From an uncultured Chloroflexia bacterium (lineage in GTDB: Bacteria; Chloroflexota; Limnocylindria; Limnocylindrales; CSP1-4): a DNA stretch of 64,000 nt. The translations under genes and the position numbers were made by a program. Positions 12,689-22,197 of this stretch are shown piece after piece. The notes under the pieces are model-generated. The model worked only from the letters and a program-made list of their open reading frames with translations, was not told where the DNA came from and searched no databases. Within the stretch, counting starts at the first letter, position 1; each line of letters starts with the position of its first letter. Location: contig CAWAMH010000001.1 of NCBI GenBank assembly GCA_963783135.1, positions 152,839-216,838 of the forward strand, in the 5' to 3' direction.

Positions 12689-13335
12689 CCGTCGACCGGC
12701 CGACCTCGGGTCCGATCGGGATCCTCGGCGGGACGTTCGACCCGATCCACGTCGGCCACCTCGCGATCGCGGAGGCGGCCCGGGACGCGCTCGGACTGAG
12801 CTCGGTCGTCTTCGTCCCGAGCCGGTTCCCGGTCCACAAGCCGGGACGCGTGGTGAGCCCGGCCGAGGACCGGCTGGCGATGGTCGCCCTCGCGATCGCT
12901 GACAACCCCGCGTTCGCGCTCAGTCGCGCCGAAGTCGATCGCGACGGTCCGTCATGGGCGGCCGAGACCCTCGAGGGCTTCGTCGCGGACGCCGACGCGC
13001 GGGGACTCGCGGCCGACCTGTGGTTCATCCTGTCGGCCGAGGCCTACGCCGGTCTCCCGAGCTGGCATCGGCCCGACCGGGTGATCGGTCTGGCTCGGAT
13101 GGCGGTCCTGCCGCGACCGGGCGCCCCGCTCGTCGACCTCGCTGCGATGGACCGGCTCGTGCCCGGCGCCCGCGCGCGGACCGACCTCATCGATGGCCCG
13201 CTCCTGGCGATCTCGGCGTCGGCGATCCGGGACCGGGTCGCGACCGGGCGCTCGATCCGCTACCTCGTCCCCGATGCGGTCATCGCCTACATCGGCGACC
13301 ATGGCCTCTACGTCGCCCCGGACGCGACGCCATGA
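12685..13335 (+). CDS. nadD: Nicotinate-nucleotide adenylyltransferase
   Basis: GILGGTFDPIHVGHL motif. ATGA overlap with obg. Confidence 0.9.
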   Translation: MTVDRPTSGPIGILGGTFDPIHVGHLAIAEAARDALGLSSVVFVPSRFPVHKPGRVVSPAEDRLAMVALAIADNPAFALSRAEVDRDGPSWAAETLEGFVADADARGLAADLWFILSAEAYAGLPSWHRPDRVIGLARMAVLPRPGAPLVDLAAMDRLVPGARARTDLIDGPLLAISASAIRDRVATGRSIRYLVPDAVIAYIGDHGLYVAPDATP

Positions 13336-13829
13336 CCGATCGACCTGCAGAGGACCCTGCCGCCGTGACCGATCCCGCCGCCTCGCCCGCCAAGCCGACC
13401 CGCGCCGCGTCGTCCCGAACCCGGACCTCGAAGGCCCGCCTCGGGCTGCCCGCCCGGGAGACGCCGGTGCCCGCCGACGGCCGAGCCGCGTCGCTCGAGG
13501 TCGCCCGGCGGGTCGTCGAGCTGGCCGAGGAGAAGAAGGCGGCCGACATCGTCCTGCTCGACCTCGGTGAACTCACGACGCTGGCCGACGCGTTCGTGAT
13601 CTGCTCGGGTGGGTCGGAGCGCCAGCTCGACGCCATCGCCGACGGCATCGTGTCCGGGCTCAGGACCGAAGGTGTCCGGCCGATCGGTCGCGAGGGTGTC
13701 GCCGCCTCGCACTGGGTGCTGCTCGACTTCGGCGGCGTGATCGTCCACATCTTCACGCCGCCCGAGCGCGACTTCTACTCGCTCGAGAAGCACTGGTCCG
13801 AGGCGAAGACGGTCGTCCGCGTCCAGTAG
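13332..13829 (+). CDS. rsfS: Ribosome silencing factor RsfS (Iojap) with a disordered N-terminal extension
   Basis: ATGA overlap with nadD. C-terminal RsfS core (EEKKAADIVLLDLGELTTLADAFVICSG…HWVLLDFGGVIVHIF). obg-nadD-rsfS is a conserved operon. Confidence 0.85.
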   Translation: MTDRPAEDPAAVTDPAASPAKPTRAASSRTRTSKARLGLPARETPVPADGRAASLEVARRVVELAEEKKAADIVLLDLGELTTLADAFVICSGGSERQLDAIADGIVSGLRTEGVRPIGREGVAASHWVLLDFGGVIVHIFTPPERDFYSLEKHWSEAKTVVRVQ

Positions 13830-14018
13830 GACCGGCGATCCGAGCGCGGCTCCGGTCCGCGCTGCCCGAGCCCCGAACGTCGCCCGCCGAGCCCCGACGG
13901 AGTCTCGGCGACCGGACGGTCGGCATAGTACCGTCGGGTCATGTCGGGGGCCACGGGCTCCAGCGTTGAATCCGGGTCCGGACACCAGTGAGGTGTCCCT
14001 TGCAGAGGTCAGGACCGG

Positions 14019-14273
14019 ATGTCGCGCACCCGCGAGCGCTGCCCCCGCTGCAGTAGCAAGCTCGTCGTCAGTCGTTTCGACACGGCCTTCCGGCTCGACG
14101 ACAGCTCCGAGCGTCTGTGCTTCGGCATCCCCGGCAGCCTCTGCCAGGGTTGTGTCCAGCTGTTCGTGGATCCGGACCTGCTCGACCTGCTCGACCTCGA
14201 TCGCGCCGTCTGTACGTTCGCGATCGAGAGCGATCTCGTCCTGCAGGAGCAGGCCTGGTCCTCGGGCCGCTAG
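14019..14273 (+). CDS. Small CxxC…CxxC zinc-ribbon protein (YgiT/MqsA-type finger-like), hypothetical
   Basis: 84 aa in an otherwise non-coding 190-nt gap. CPRC, 30 residues, CQGC. AGGTCAGGA upstream of the ATG. Confidence 0.35.
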   Translation: MSRTRERCPRCSSKLVVSRFDTAFRLDDSSERLCFGIPGSLCQGCVQLFVDPDLLDLLDLDRAVCTFAIESDLVLQEQAWSSGR

Positions 14274-14276
14274 CCG

Positions 14277-15392
14277 TCAGCTCCGCGTCGCGACCGGCGG
14301 CGCCGCCGTCGTCGCGGACCCGGACCGTCGCGCCACCCGTGTCGCCAGCCACAGGCTGAACCCGAGCCGCCGCGCCCGCTCTCCGACCTGCACCCCAGCC
14401 GCGCCCTTGACCATCGCGTCGAGGTCGAACACGCCCTCGAGCGCGCTCTCGAGCTCCTCGGGCGTCCAGCCGGCCGCCTGCTTGGCGAGCTGTTCCGCCC
14501 GGAACGGATGGAGCTTGAGGACCCGCGGCAGCTCGCGGATCGGGGTCCCGGTCGCGACCAGATCGGCGACCTCGAGGAGCTCCCTCAGGCGCCGATGGAG
14601 CTGGCCGAGGACGACCGGCTCCGGGGTGACATCGAGGACCCGATCGAGCAGGTCGGCCGCATCGCGGGTGCGTCGGAAGGCGATCGCGTCGAGCAGCGCC
14701 CAGGCCGACGCCGGCACGGCCTCCGCGACGATCGCCTCGACATCGGCGACGGTCACCGGCCCGTCGAGCCGGTACAGAGCGAGCTTGTCGAGTTCCTGGA
14801 CGGCCAGCTGACCCTGACGCCGTCGGTCGATGTCGCCCTCACGAACGAACGCCCCGACCCGCTCGGCGATCGCCTGCGCGGCGCCGCGCTCCAGGCGCAT
14901 CCCGCGCTCGGATGCCCGATCGTCGATCCAGCGGGCCATCCCGCCCTCCTTGGGCGCGGCGAACCCGCGGACCTCGCCGCCGAGCGCCTCGATCGCCGTG
15001 GCGAGCGCGGCGCGATCGCCGGTCAGCCGGCCGTCCTTCGGGAACCGGTCGAGGCTCTCCACGAATACGAGCGCGTTGCCCGGAGCGACCGTCGGCAGGA
15101 TGCCGGCCAGCTCGGCGCGACCGGCCTTCGATCGGATGAGCGGCCCTGGGTCGGCGACGATCGCGATCGTGCCGCCGCCGAACAGCGCCCCGGTGGCGAC
15201 CCGCTCGCCGATGAGCGCCGCGCTCGTCGTCGCCCCGGTGGCGTGCCAACGCTCCATCGGCGCGTCCACGGTCGCGAGCCTGCGCCCGACGTCCCGTGCC
15301 GCTCGCTCGACGGAGTAGGTGTCGTCGCCGAAGAAGTAGGCCAGCGGAGCTGCCGGGAGGTCGGCCGGCGCCCGGCGTGGGTCCCCGCTCAT
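14277..15392 (-). CDS. holA: DNA polymerase III delta subunit
   Basis: HolA-like AAA+ lid and C-terminal domains. Start set at ATG 15392, in an ATGA overlap with the upstream HD-domain gene. The ORF track's longer GTG start at 15662 overlaps that gene. Confidence 0.8.
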   Translation of the reverse strand: MSGDPRRAPADLPAAPLAYFFGDDTYSVERAARDVGRRLATVDAPMERWHATGATTSAALIGERVATGALFGGGTIAIVADPGPLIRSKAGRAELAGILPTVAPGNALVFVESLDRFPKDGRLTGDRAALATAIEALGGEVRGFAAPKEGGMARWIDDRASERGMRLERGAAQAIAERVGAFVREGDIDRRRQGQLAVQELDKLALYRLDGPVTVADVEAIVAEAVPASAWALLDAIAFRRTRDAADLLDRVLDVTPEPVVLGQLHRRLRELLEVADLVATGTPIRELPRVLKLHPFRAEQLAKQAAGWTPEELESALEGVFDLDAMVKGAAGVQVGERARRLGFSLWLATRVARRSGSATTAAPPVATRS

Positions 15393-15997
15393 CGCGTCGC
15401 CATCGCCGTCGCCGATCGGATCGCCGGACCCGTCCATGGCAATCGGCGGACCTCGGAGGGCGCGACGCCGGCGGCGCGGCAGACGTCGGCCTCGAGGCGC
15501 TCGGCACGCGCTCGGACCCGGTCCGCCGTCGCCCGGTCCCAGGCCCCGGGATAGCGGCGAGCCCACGATCCGAACCGCGCGGGCATCGACTCGAGGCGTT
15601 GTCCGGCACGCTTGTCGGCGTAGGCGACGATGCGCTCCTCCCGGCTGGCGAACGCGGACCACGTGCGATAGCGCGTCTCGTCGGCCAGGCGCGTCACCGG
15701 GTGTCCGGCCACGGCCCGCGCAAGCTCGGGGTGGCCGCGGGCCGTCAGCCAGGCGGCCGACCCGTCTCCGTGGGGGAGCGCGTGCGCCGGGTCGTCGTCA
15801 GGCAGGAGCTTGTCGGCATCGTGGAGCAGCGCGGCCGACTCCACGAGGCGGCGGTCGACCGGCGTCCCGCGCTCATCGATCCGCGCGGCCAGCCACCCCG
15901 CGATCTCGGCGACGGCGCGGGCGTGCCGGAGCGCCCAGGGCGGCGGCTCGAGCTCGAGCAGGAGCGCGGCCGCGGCGGGCCGGTCGGGGACGGTCAT
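15389..15997 (-). CDS. HD-domain phosphohydrolase family protein
   Basis: HD motif (…ALLHDADK…H…D…) in the frame overlapping the holA N-terminal extension. Lies between comEC and holA. Confidence 0.65.
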   Translation of the reverse strand: MTVPDRPAAAALLLELEPPPWALRHARAVAEIAGWLAARIDERGTPVDRRLVESAALLHDADKLLPDDDPAHALPHGDGSAAWLTARGHPELARAVAGHPVTRLADETRYRTWSAFASREERIVAYADKRAGQRLESMPARFGSWARRYPGAWDRATADRVRARAERLEADVCRAAGVAPSEVRRLPWTGPAIRSATAMATR

Positions 15998-16060
15998 GGG
16001 TCGGATGATAGGCGCGGGCCAGCCGCGGCGGGCGGGCGGAGCTGCCGCCAGGAAGTCGTT

Positions 16061-18640
16061 TCACGCACCGGCGACCGGGATCGCGCAGGTGTAGGCGATC
16101 CTGGGCCGGGCGACCACGCTGGCCGCCACGACCGTGGCGGTCTTGGGCCCCGCCGGGACGGTCGTGGGAGTCGAGGCGGTCGAGTCGCGCCGATCGGGAT
16201 GGACGTCCAGCTCGGCCTGGCCGTCGAGGGTGACCTCGACGCTGCCGTTCCGGTCGGTCCGCAGGACCTCCGCACCGCGCACTGCGACCCGGTCGAGGGT
16301 GGCCTTCGTCGGATGACCGTACGGATTGCCCGCTCCAGCGGAGGCGATGGCGACCCGGGGTCGGACGGCGTCCAGGAACGGGCCGGTCGACGACGTCCGG
16401 CTGCCATGGTGGGCGATCTTCAGGAGGTCGACCCTGGGCAGACCCCGGGCGACGAGCGTCGGGTCGATGCCCTCCTCGATGTCGCCGGCGAGCAGGAACC
16501 GTTGTCGGCCGACCTCGCCCAGCAGGACGATCGAGACGTTGTTGATCGCGGTCCCGCCGTCGGCCGGCTCCCGGGGCACGCGGTCGCGATCGGGCCACAG
16601 GACGCGGAACCGGACCTGGTCGAGGTCGAACCGATCGCCCGTCGACAACCGGCCCGGCCGCAGTCCCAGCCGCGTCAGCGCCGCCTGCCAGGCCCGATAG
16701 CCGGGCCCCGGCCCGATCATGCCGGGTTCGAACGTCCGCCCGATCCGGTACCGGCTCACCAGGAGCGCCAACCCGGCGACGTGATCCTCGTGCGGATGGG
16801 TGAGGACGAGCAGATCGATCCGGCGATCCCACGCCGGCAGGCGGGCGTCGAGCGCGACGAGCAGCCGGCCCGGGTCCGGTCCGCCATCGACCAGCAAGCG
16901 CCCGCCCCGTCCGCCTTCGATGAGGATCGCATCGCCCTGGCCCACGTCGAGGACCGTGACGCGGACGCGACCGTCGGGCCGGTTCGACGCCACGATGACC
17001 AGGGCCGCGAGGCAGACCACGAGCACCACCGCGAGGCCGCGAACGGCCAGTACTGGAGGCCGGGTCGCTCCCGACCGCACGGCGCGGTTCGCGGTCGGCG
17101 CAGGGCCTCCGCGGGTCTCGCGTCGTCGGGTCAGCTCGCCCCGATCCGGGCGGCGCGCCGCTGCGACCCGGGCCGCGAGGCTCGAGACGCGCCCCGTCGC
17201 GAGCGCAAGCACCGCGACCGCCGCGACCGCGCCCGCGAGCAGCGACCACGGCGACGACAGGCTGACGCTCGCGAACGGCAGCGCTGCGGCGAACCGGACG
17301 ACCGCGACCAGCGCCGCGAGGACGAGCCAGCCGGGCAGGCCCAGGATCGTCGCGAGGACCGGCGGGGCACCGAGCCCGGTCAGCCAGCCACCGACGAGCG
17401 CCAGGGTCCCCGCCGCCATCGCCGGGGGCACGAGCGGCACGACGGCGAGGTTGACGGCCGGCGCGAGCAGCGCGAACCGTCCGAACCCCGCGAGCACGAT
17501 CGGGAGCGTCGCCGCCTCTGCCGCGAACGACACGCCGAGGCTCTCCGCGAGCCAGGACGGGAGTCGATCCCCGGACGCGGAGCGGAGGGCCGCCGTGAGC
17601 GGCGTCGCCCAGGCGATCAGCCCACCGGTGGCGAGCACCGACAGCTGGAAGCCGGCGTCCCCGACGGTCGCGGGGTCGACCAGCAGAAGGATCGTGACGG
17701 CCCAGCCGAGGGCGGTCGCGGCGGCGCCGGCTCGCCCCGATTCCCGGGCCAGGAGCACCACGGCTGCCATCACGGCCGCCCGGACGACGGAGGCCGAGGC
17801 GCCCGCCGCGACGGTGTAGGCCACGATCGCCAGCAGCGTGACGACCGACCGACCACGGCGGCCCATCCGGCCCCGGAGCAGAGCCCCGACCAGGGCGGCG
17901 ACGATCGCGATGTTCCAGCCGGAGATCGCGACGACGTGGCTCACCCCGGCAGTGGTGAACGCCGCCGCGAGATCTCGATCGACCCGGTCGCGCAGGCCGA
18001 TGAGGATCCCAGCCGCCAATCCCGCCTCCGGCTCGGGCAGCGCTCGTGTCAGTGCTTCGCCCGACGATCGCCTGGCCGCCTCGATCGCGCCCGCCGGCGA
18101 GGTGTCGCTGCCGAGGCGGTCCAGCGACCGAGCGCGGATCGTGGCGGCGACCCCGATCCGTCGCAGGTACGTCCCATAGCCGCCATCGTCGGCCGGCAGC
18201 GGTTCCAGCCGCCCGCCGACCGAGACCCGATCGCCGGGGACGATCTCGGGGTAGCGCGGCAGCGTAGCCGCGACCCGGACCGCGCTCGGCTCGAGAACGA
18301 TCGTCGCGCTCTGCTGGCCGCCCCTTGGCGAGCCGACGCCGACGACGGAGACCACCCACGGGCCCTGGCCGTCGGGCAGCGCCACCGCTCCCGGCACAGG
18401 TGTCACGAGCGACAGTCGCAGCGCGATGACCGCCAGTCCGATCGCGACCGCCGCGCTCATCCGAACCGCGGGTGGGCTCCGGCGGCCCGCGACCGCCCCG
18501 CCGACTCCCACCCCGACGGCGATGGCGATCACGAGCGCCGAGCCGCCGACCGGCCCGACCCGGTCGAGCACCACCGGGCCGGTGAGCGCGGCGGTCACGG
18601 CTCCGATGGCGAGCCAGACGCTGCGCGGCAGGGCCGACAT
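16061..18640 (-). CDS. comEC: DNA internalization competence protein ComEC/Rec2 (competence domain plus C-terminal metallo-beta-lactamase domain)
   Basis: Polytopic membrane domain, then LTHPHEDHVAGL…KIAHHGSRTS MBL motifs. 859 aa. Confidence 0.9.
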   Translation of the reverse strand: MSALPRSVWLAIGAVTAALTGPVVLDRVGPVGGSALVIAIAVGVGVGGAVAGRRSPPAVRMSAAVAIGLAVIALRLSLVTPVPGAVALPDGQGPWVVSVVGVGSPRGGQQSATIVLEPSAVRVAATLPRYPEIVPGDRVSVGGRLEPLPADDGGYGTYLRRIGVAATIRARSLDRLGSDTSPAGAIEAARRSSGEALTRALPEPEAGLAAGILIGLRDRVDRDLAAAFTTAGVSHVVAISGWNIAIVAALVGALLRGRMGRRGRSVVTLLAIVAYTVAAGASASVVRAAVMAAVVLLARESGRAGAAATALGWAVTILLLVDPATVGDAGFQLSVLATGGLIAWATPLTAALRSASGDRLPSWLAESLGVSFAAEAATLPIVLAGFGRFALLAPAVNLAVVPLVPPAMAAGTLALVGGWLTGLGAPPVLATILGLPGWLVLAALVAVVRFAAALPFASVSLSSPWSLLAGAVAAVAVLALATGRVSSLAARVAAARRPDRGELTRRRETRGGPAPTANRAVRSGATRPPVLAVRGLAVVLVVCLAALVIVASNRPDGRVRVTVLDVGQGDAILIEGGRGGRLLVDGGPDPGRLLVALDARLPAWDRRIDLLVLTHPHEDHVAGLALLVSRYRIGRTFEPGMIGPGPGYRAWQAALTRLGLRPGRLSTGDRFDLDQVRFRVLWPDRDRVPREPADGGTAINNVSIVLLGEVGRQRFLLAGDIEEGIDPTLVARGLPRVDLLKIAHHGSRTSSTGPFLDAVRPRVAIASAGAGNPYGHPTKATLDRVAVRGAEVLRTDRNGSVEVTLDGQAELDVHPDRRDSTASTPTTVPAGPKTATVVAASVVARPRIAYTCAIPVAGA

Positions 18641-18649
18641 CCCGGTCGG

Positions 18650-19426
18650 CTACCGGACGACGACGAGGGTGCGGAGCTTCTCGAACAGCGCCGGGCCGAC
18701 AAGTTTGCGCGTCCGGAGGTCGTCGACCGACCCGAACGGTCGCTCCTCGCGGGCGGCGATGATCTTCGCCGCAGTCACCGGACCGATCCCGGGCAGTGCG
18801 TCGAGCTCGGCGCTCGTCGCCCGGTTCAGGTCGACCGGTCCCGTCCCGGCCCCGGTCCCCTGGACCGCACCGGTTCCGGTCGAGCCGGTGGATGCGCCGC
18901 CGGCCGTCCCGTCCGCGCCGGCACCCGCCGGAGGCGACGGGTCGTCCCTCGACGGGACCATGATCCGGTCTCCGTCGGCGATGCGCGCGGCGAGGTTCAG
19001 CGCCGCGGTCGCCCGCCCGGCATCGACGCGTGGGCTGTAGCCGCCCGCAGCGGCGATCGCGTCGGCCACGCGTTGGCCAGGCACGAGCCGGTACAACCCT
19101 GGATGGGCGACCGCGCCCGCGACCTCGACGACGAGCTCACTGCCGGCACCGACCTCGCCCGACCCGGACGGATCGGGACCGTCGCTCGTCGTGGGATCGC
19201 TACCGGCGACGCGAACGATCGGGGTGCCGGACCCGGCGAGCATGACCCCCACGAGCGCGACCGTGACCATGACCGCCGTGGCGCCGGCCACCAGCCACGG
19301 TACCGGGATCCCGAGCACGCCGACGCCGGCGGCCGCAGGGTCGGCGGGCGGCCCATCGCGGCCGGCCGGCGGCATCTCGTCATCCGGCGCCTCGAGGACG
19401 CGCCAGGGCGCGCTGCTGCGATCCAT
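18650..19426 (-). CDS. comEA: Competence protein ComEA (SLBB domain plus helix-hairpin-helix DNA-binding domain)
   Basis: C-terminal [30 protein letters not shown] HhH motif. N-terminal TM anchor. Confidence 0.85.
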   Translation of the reverse strand: MDRSSAPWRVLEAPDDEMPPAGRDGPPADPAAAGVGVLGIPVPWLVAGATAVMVTVALVGVMLAGSGTPIVRVAGSDPTTSDGPDPSGSGEVGAGSELVVEVAGAVAHPGLYRLVPGQRVADAIAAAGGYSPRVDAGRATAALNLAARIADGDRIMVPSRDDPSPPAGAGADGTAGGASTGSTGTGAVQGTGAGTGPVDLNRATSAELDALPGIGPVTAAKIIAAREERPFGSVDDLRTRKLVGPALFEKLRTLVVVR

Positions 19427-19649
19427 CGGGCCGACTCCCCGGCGGGCATCCGGGCGGGGTCGAGGCCGCCCGCCGCGTCGGGGGCACGTCCAGCGCGGCG
19501 GGCGTCGATGCCACCGTAGCGACGACCGCTTAGCTGCGAGTTACGTGGACGCGGGCCAGCGCCCGAACGTTTGCCCCTTGCCCACTCCCCGAGAGCGGGC
19601 TTAGTCGGCGATCGAGGCGATCCACGCGGCGCGCGCTGCCCGAGGGCCG

Positions 19650-20930
19650 TCAGGGCGTCCAAGCGGAATGCGTTCCTCCGTCGACAAGCATTTTCGGAGT
19701 GCCGCCGTCAGCGCTGACGTACCAGATCTGGCCCGCCGTTGACGTTTCGTCGTACCGATCGAAGGCGAGCCAGCGGCCGTCGGGCGACCAGGCCGGCCGG
19801 GAGGAGTCGCCCGTGAACGCGACCTGACCCCCGCCCGAACCGTCCGCGGCCATCACCCACAGGCCGGCGATGCCACGTTCGTCGATGCGCGGGACTGCCA
19901 CTCGGCGACCATCCGGTGACCACGCCGCCGCGCCAGTGTAGGCGCTCATGTCGTCAGCGACAGTGACGACGAGCGAGCCGTCCTTCCGTACTACGACCGC
20001 CCTCGCGTAAGGTCCGCCCACGTCAACGTCGCCGCGCACGATGAGCTGCTCGCCGTCGGGCGACCAGTCCGGCTCGGCGAGTCCCGCCCGCGGCGTCGTC
20101 GACGGCAATCCCCAACGAGACGTCGCGACCTCGTAGAAGGCGAGCCTCGCGCAATCCCCACACCCAGCTGTCTCGACTACTGTCGCCAGCCGACGCCCGT
20201 CCGGCGACCAGTCCGGTCCGCTGGCGGACCAGACTGCGCCGTCGGGAGGGGCAACGGTCGTTGGTGGGGTGCCATCGAGAGGCACGATGACGGTCGTGGG
20301 ACGGTTTCCAGTGGTCACCTGGAGCGCGAACGCGGAACCGTCCGGCGCCCAGCTCGGCGTCCGGAACGAGCGGTCCACAGCGACGTCTCCCTCGAACATG
20401 AAGACGATCTCGCCGGTAGCGAGGTCGGCGACGCAGACGGCGTTGACGCCAACGAACGCCAGCCGACCGCCCACGTCCGGTGCCGGCTCGATCTTCGGGC
20501 ATGAACCTTGGCGGGCACGGTCGATCGAGGCCTGGTTGAGGACCGAGACGATGACGAGGAGGACGAGCGGGCTGACGATGGCGGACGACCGGATCAGCAT
20601 CCTCCATCGGACGGTCCGCGGCGGTAGGCCATCGACGGCTCGATCCACCAGACGCCCGGCGACATAGCCGGGCAGCGGCATCGCCGGCACCAGCGCGACG
20701 AGAAGGAGGTTGACGAGCCCGGCCCAACCGACGGCAGAGGGCGTCCCTCCCGCCTCCTGGCCGATCGCGATGGTCGTCCCGACGAGCCCACCGAAATAGA
20801 GCCCGATGAACCCCGTAACGCCCCTCGTCCAGAAGGCCACCGCGATCCCGATCGGCGCACCGACGAGGAACAGGGCCATCGGGAGAAGGTGCTCGTCGAT
20901 GGCCGGGACGGGTTGGTCCGAGAGCCACAT
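19650..20930 (-). CDS. Membrane-anchored PD40/TolB-like beta-propeller repeat protein
   Basis: About 4 N-terminal TM helices, then repeated WSPDG(R/E)… blades (WSPDGRRLA, WSPDGEQL, WSPDGRRVA, WSPDGRWLA). Start chosen at ATG 20930. Confidence 0.6.
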   Translation of the reverse strand: MWLSDQPVPAIDEHLLPMALFLVGAPIGIAVAFWTRGVTGFIGLYFGGLVGTTIAIGQEAGGTPSAVGWAGLVNLLLVALVPAMPLPGYVAGRLVDRAVDGLPPRTVRWRMLIRSSAIVSPLVLLVIVSVLNQASIDRARQGSCPKIEPAPDVGGRLAFVGVNAVCVADLATGEIVFMFEGDVAVDRSFRTPSWAPDGSAFALQVTTGNRPTTVIVPLDGTPPTTVAPPDGAVWSASGPDWSPDGRRLATVVETAGCGDCARLAFYEVATSRWGLPSTTPRAGLAEPDWSPDGEQLIVRGDVDVGGPYARAVVVRKDGSLVVTVADDMSAYTGAAAWSPDGRRVAVPRIDERGIAGLWVMAADGSGGGQVAFTGDSSRPAWSPDGRWLAFDRYDETSTAGQIWYVSADGGTPKMLVDGGTHSAWTP

Positions 20931-21194
20931 GACTGCAATGGCTCCGGCAGCGCCTCCAGCGAGGCCCTTCAAGAACGGCCCGCCCAAGTCATGTCTGCCC
21001 GACGTCACAGGCCTATCTTCTTCCGCCACCCGTCCTCCGTTACCGTCGCGGACCCGAACTGCTCCTCGGCCGCCAGCCGGCCTCCTGGCGAGGCGGCTGT
21101 CCTCCTTCCTGGAGACGCTACGGGGTCGTCGTTGTGACACGACGCCGCCGGCTCCGTGCTCGGATAGACATCCCACCGGGCCAGCGTCCGTGGA

Positions 21195-21773
21195 TCAGCC
21201 CCTTGCTCGCTCCCCCCGGGCGGCCGCGTCGGCGATCGAGGCGATCCGCGTCGCGCGTGTGTCGGGCCGCTGGGCGAGCGCGACCCAGGCGAGCATCGCC
21301 TTGCGGGCCGACGGCGGGAACGCGGTGAACCGCTCCGCGGCCGGCGGGCGGGCCTCGAGCGCCGCTTCGAGATCCGCGGGGACCTCGAGTCGTTCGACGC
21401 TGTCGTAGACCTCCCACGACCCGTTCCCCTTCGCGCGCTCGATCGCGGCGAGACCCGCCGGTGCCATCCGCCCCTCGGCGATCAATCGCTGGACCCGCGC
21501 CTTGTTCGTCGCCGCCCACGGGCTGCGAAGCTTGCGCGGGGCGAAGTAGAGCTTGCTGAGGTCCTCGTCGACCGTGCCTCCCGTGCTGTCGACCCAGCCG
21601 AAGCAGAGCGCCTCCTCGACGGCCGCCTCGTAGTCGAGACCGACGTGGCCGGAGCGCGTCCGCCAGGTCACGAGCCATGCCCCGGTCAGCGACGCGTGGT
21701 TCGCCTCCAGCCAGGCGCGCCACGTCGCGCGATCGTCGGCGCGGACCTGGGGCGCATCGGCGAGGGCGGACAC
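21195..21773 (-). CDS. YdeI/OmpD-associated family protein
   Basis: Family-typical sequence (…WRAWLEANHA…GWVDS…FAPRK…RPDTRATRI). Confidence 0.65.
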   Translation of the reverse strand: MSALADAPQVRADDRATWRAWLEANHASLTGAWLVTWRTRSGHVGLDYEAAVEEALCFGWVDSTGGTVDEDLSKLYFAPRKLRSPWAATNKARVQRLIAEGRMAPAGLAAIERAKGNGSWEVYDSVERLEVPADLEAALEARPPAAERFTAFPPSARKAMLAWVALAQRPDTRATRIASIADAAARGERARG

Positions 21774-21777
21774 GAGA

Positions 21778-22197
21778 TCAGCGCCGCTCCCAGTCGACCC
21801 ATCGGGAGCCGTCCCACCAGCGGTGCCAGGTCAGGCCATCGCGCCCGGTCGCGAACACGTCGAGCCGGTCCGGGCCCCAAGACGAGGCCGCGCAGCCGCC
21901 GGTCGGATCGAGCTCACCGCCGAGCGACTCCCACGGATGCCAGCTCTCTCCGTCCCAATAACGGTCCCACAGCTCGCCGTCGGTGAAGATCGCGAAGACC
22001 TCCATCCGGTCGACCGCCCAGGCAGTCACCGCCGGTGCGGACCCGAGCGTGCCACCGAGATCCTCGGCCGTCGACCAGGCGTCGCCGTCGAACGACCGAT
22101 GTCGGAGCGTTCCGGCGGCGGTCCGTTCGAAGACGTCGATCCGACCCTCACCCCACGAGACCGCCGCGGGGCCACCGTCGAGAGGCGCCATCGTCAT
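21778..22197 (-). CDS. Trp-rich beta-propeller-blade repeat protein (DUF346/tectonin-PLL-like), hypothetical
   Basis: Three roughly 45-aa repeats (RIDVFERTAAGTLRHRSFDGDAWS…, RMEVFAIFTDGELWDRYWDGESWHPW…, RLDVFATGRDGLTWHRWWDGSRWVDW). ATGA overlap with the LLM gene. Confidence 0.45.
   Translation of the reverse strand: MTMAPLDGGPAAVSWGEGRIDVFERTAAGTLRHRSFDGDAWSTAEDLGGTLGSAPAVTAWAVDRMEVFAIFTDGELWDRYWDGESWHPWESLGGELDPTGGCAASSWGPDRLDVFATGRDGLTWHRWWDGSRWVDWERR

Noticed and set aside
15296-19519. 1407-aa plus-strand ORF (and 15873-18359 minus, 828 aa)
   Set aside because: Overlaps holA, the HD gene, comEC and comEA, which have clear homologies on the minus strand. The translation is Arg/Pro/Gly-rich junk with no domain.
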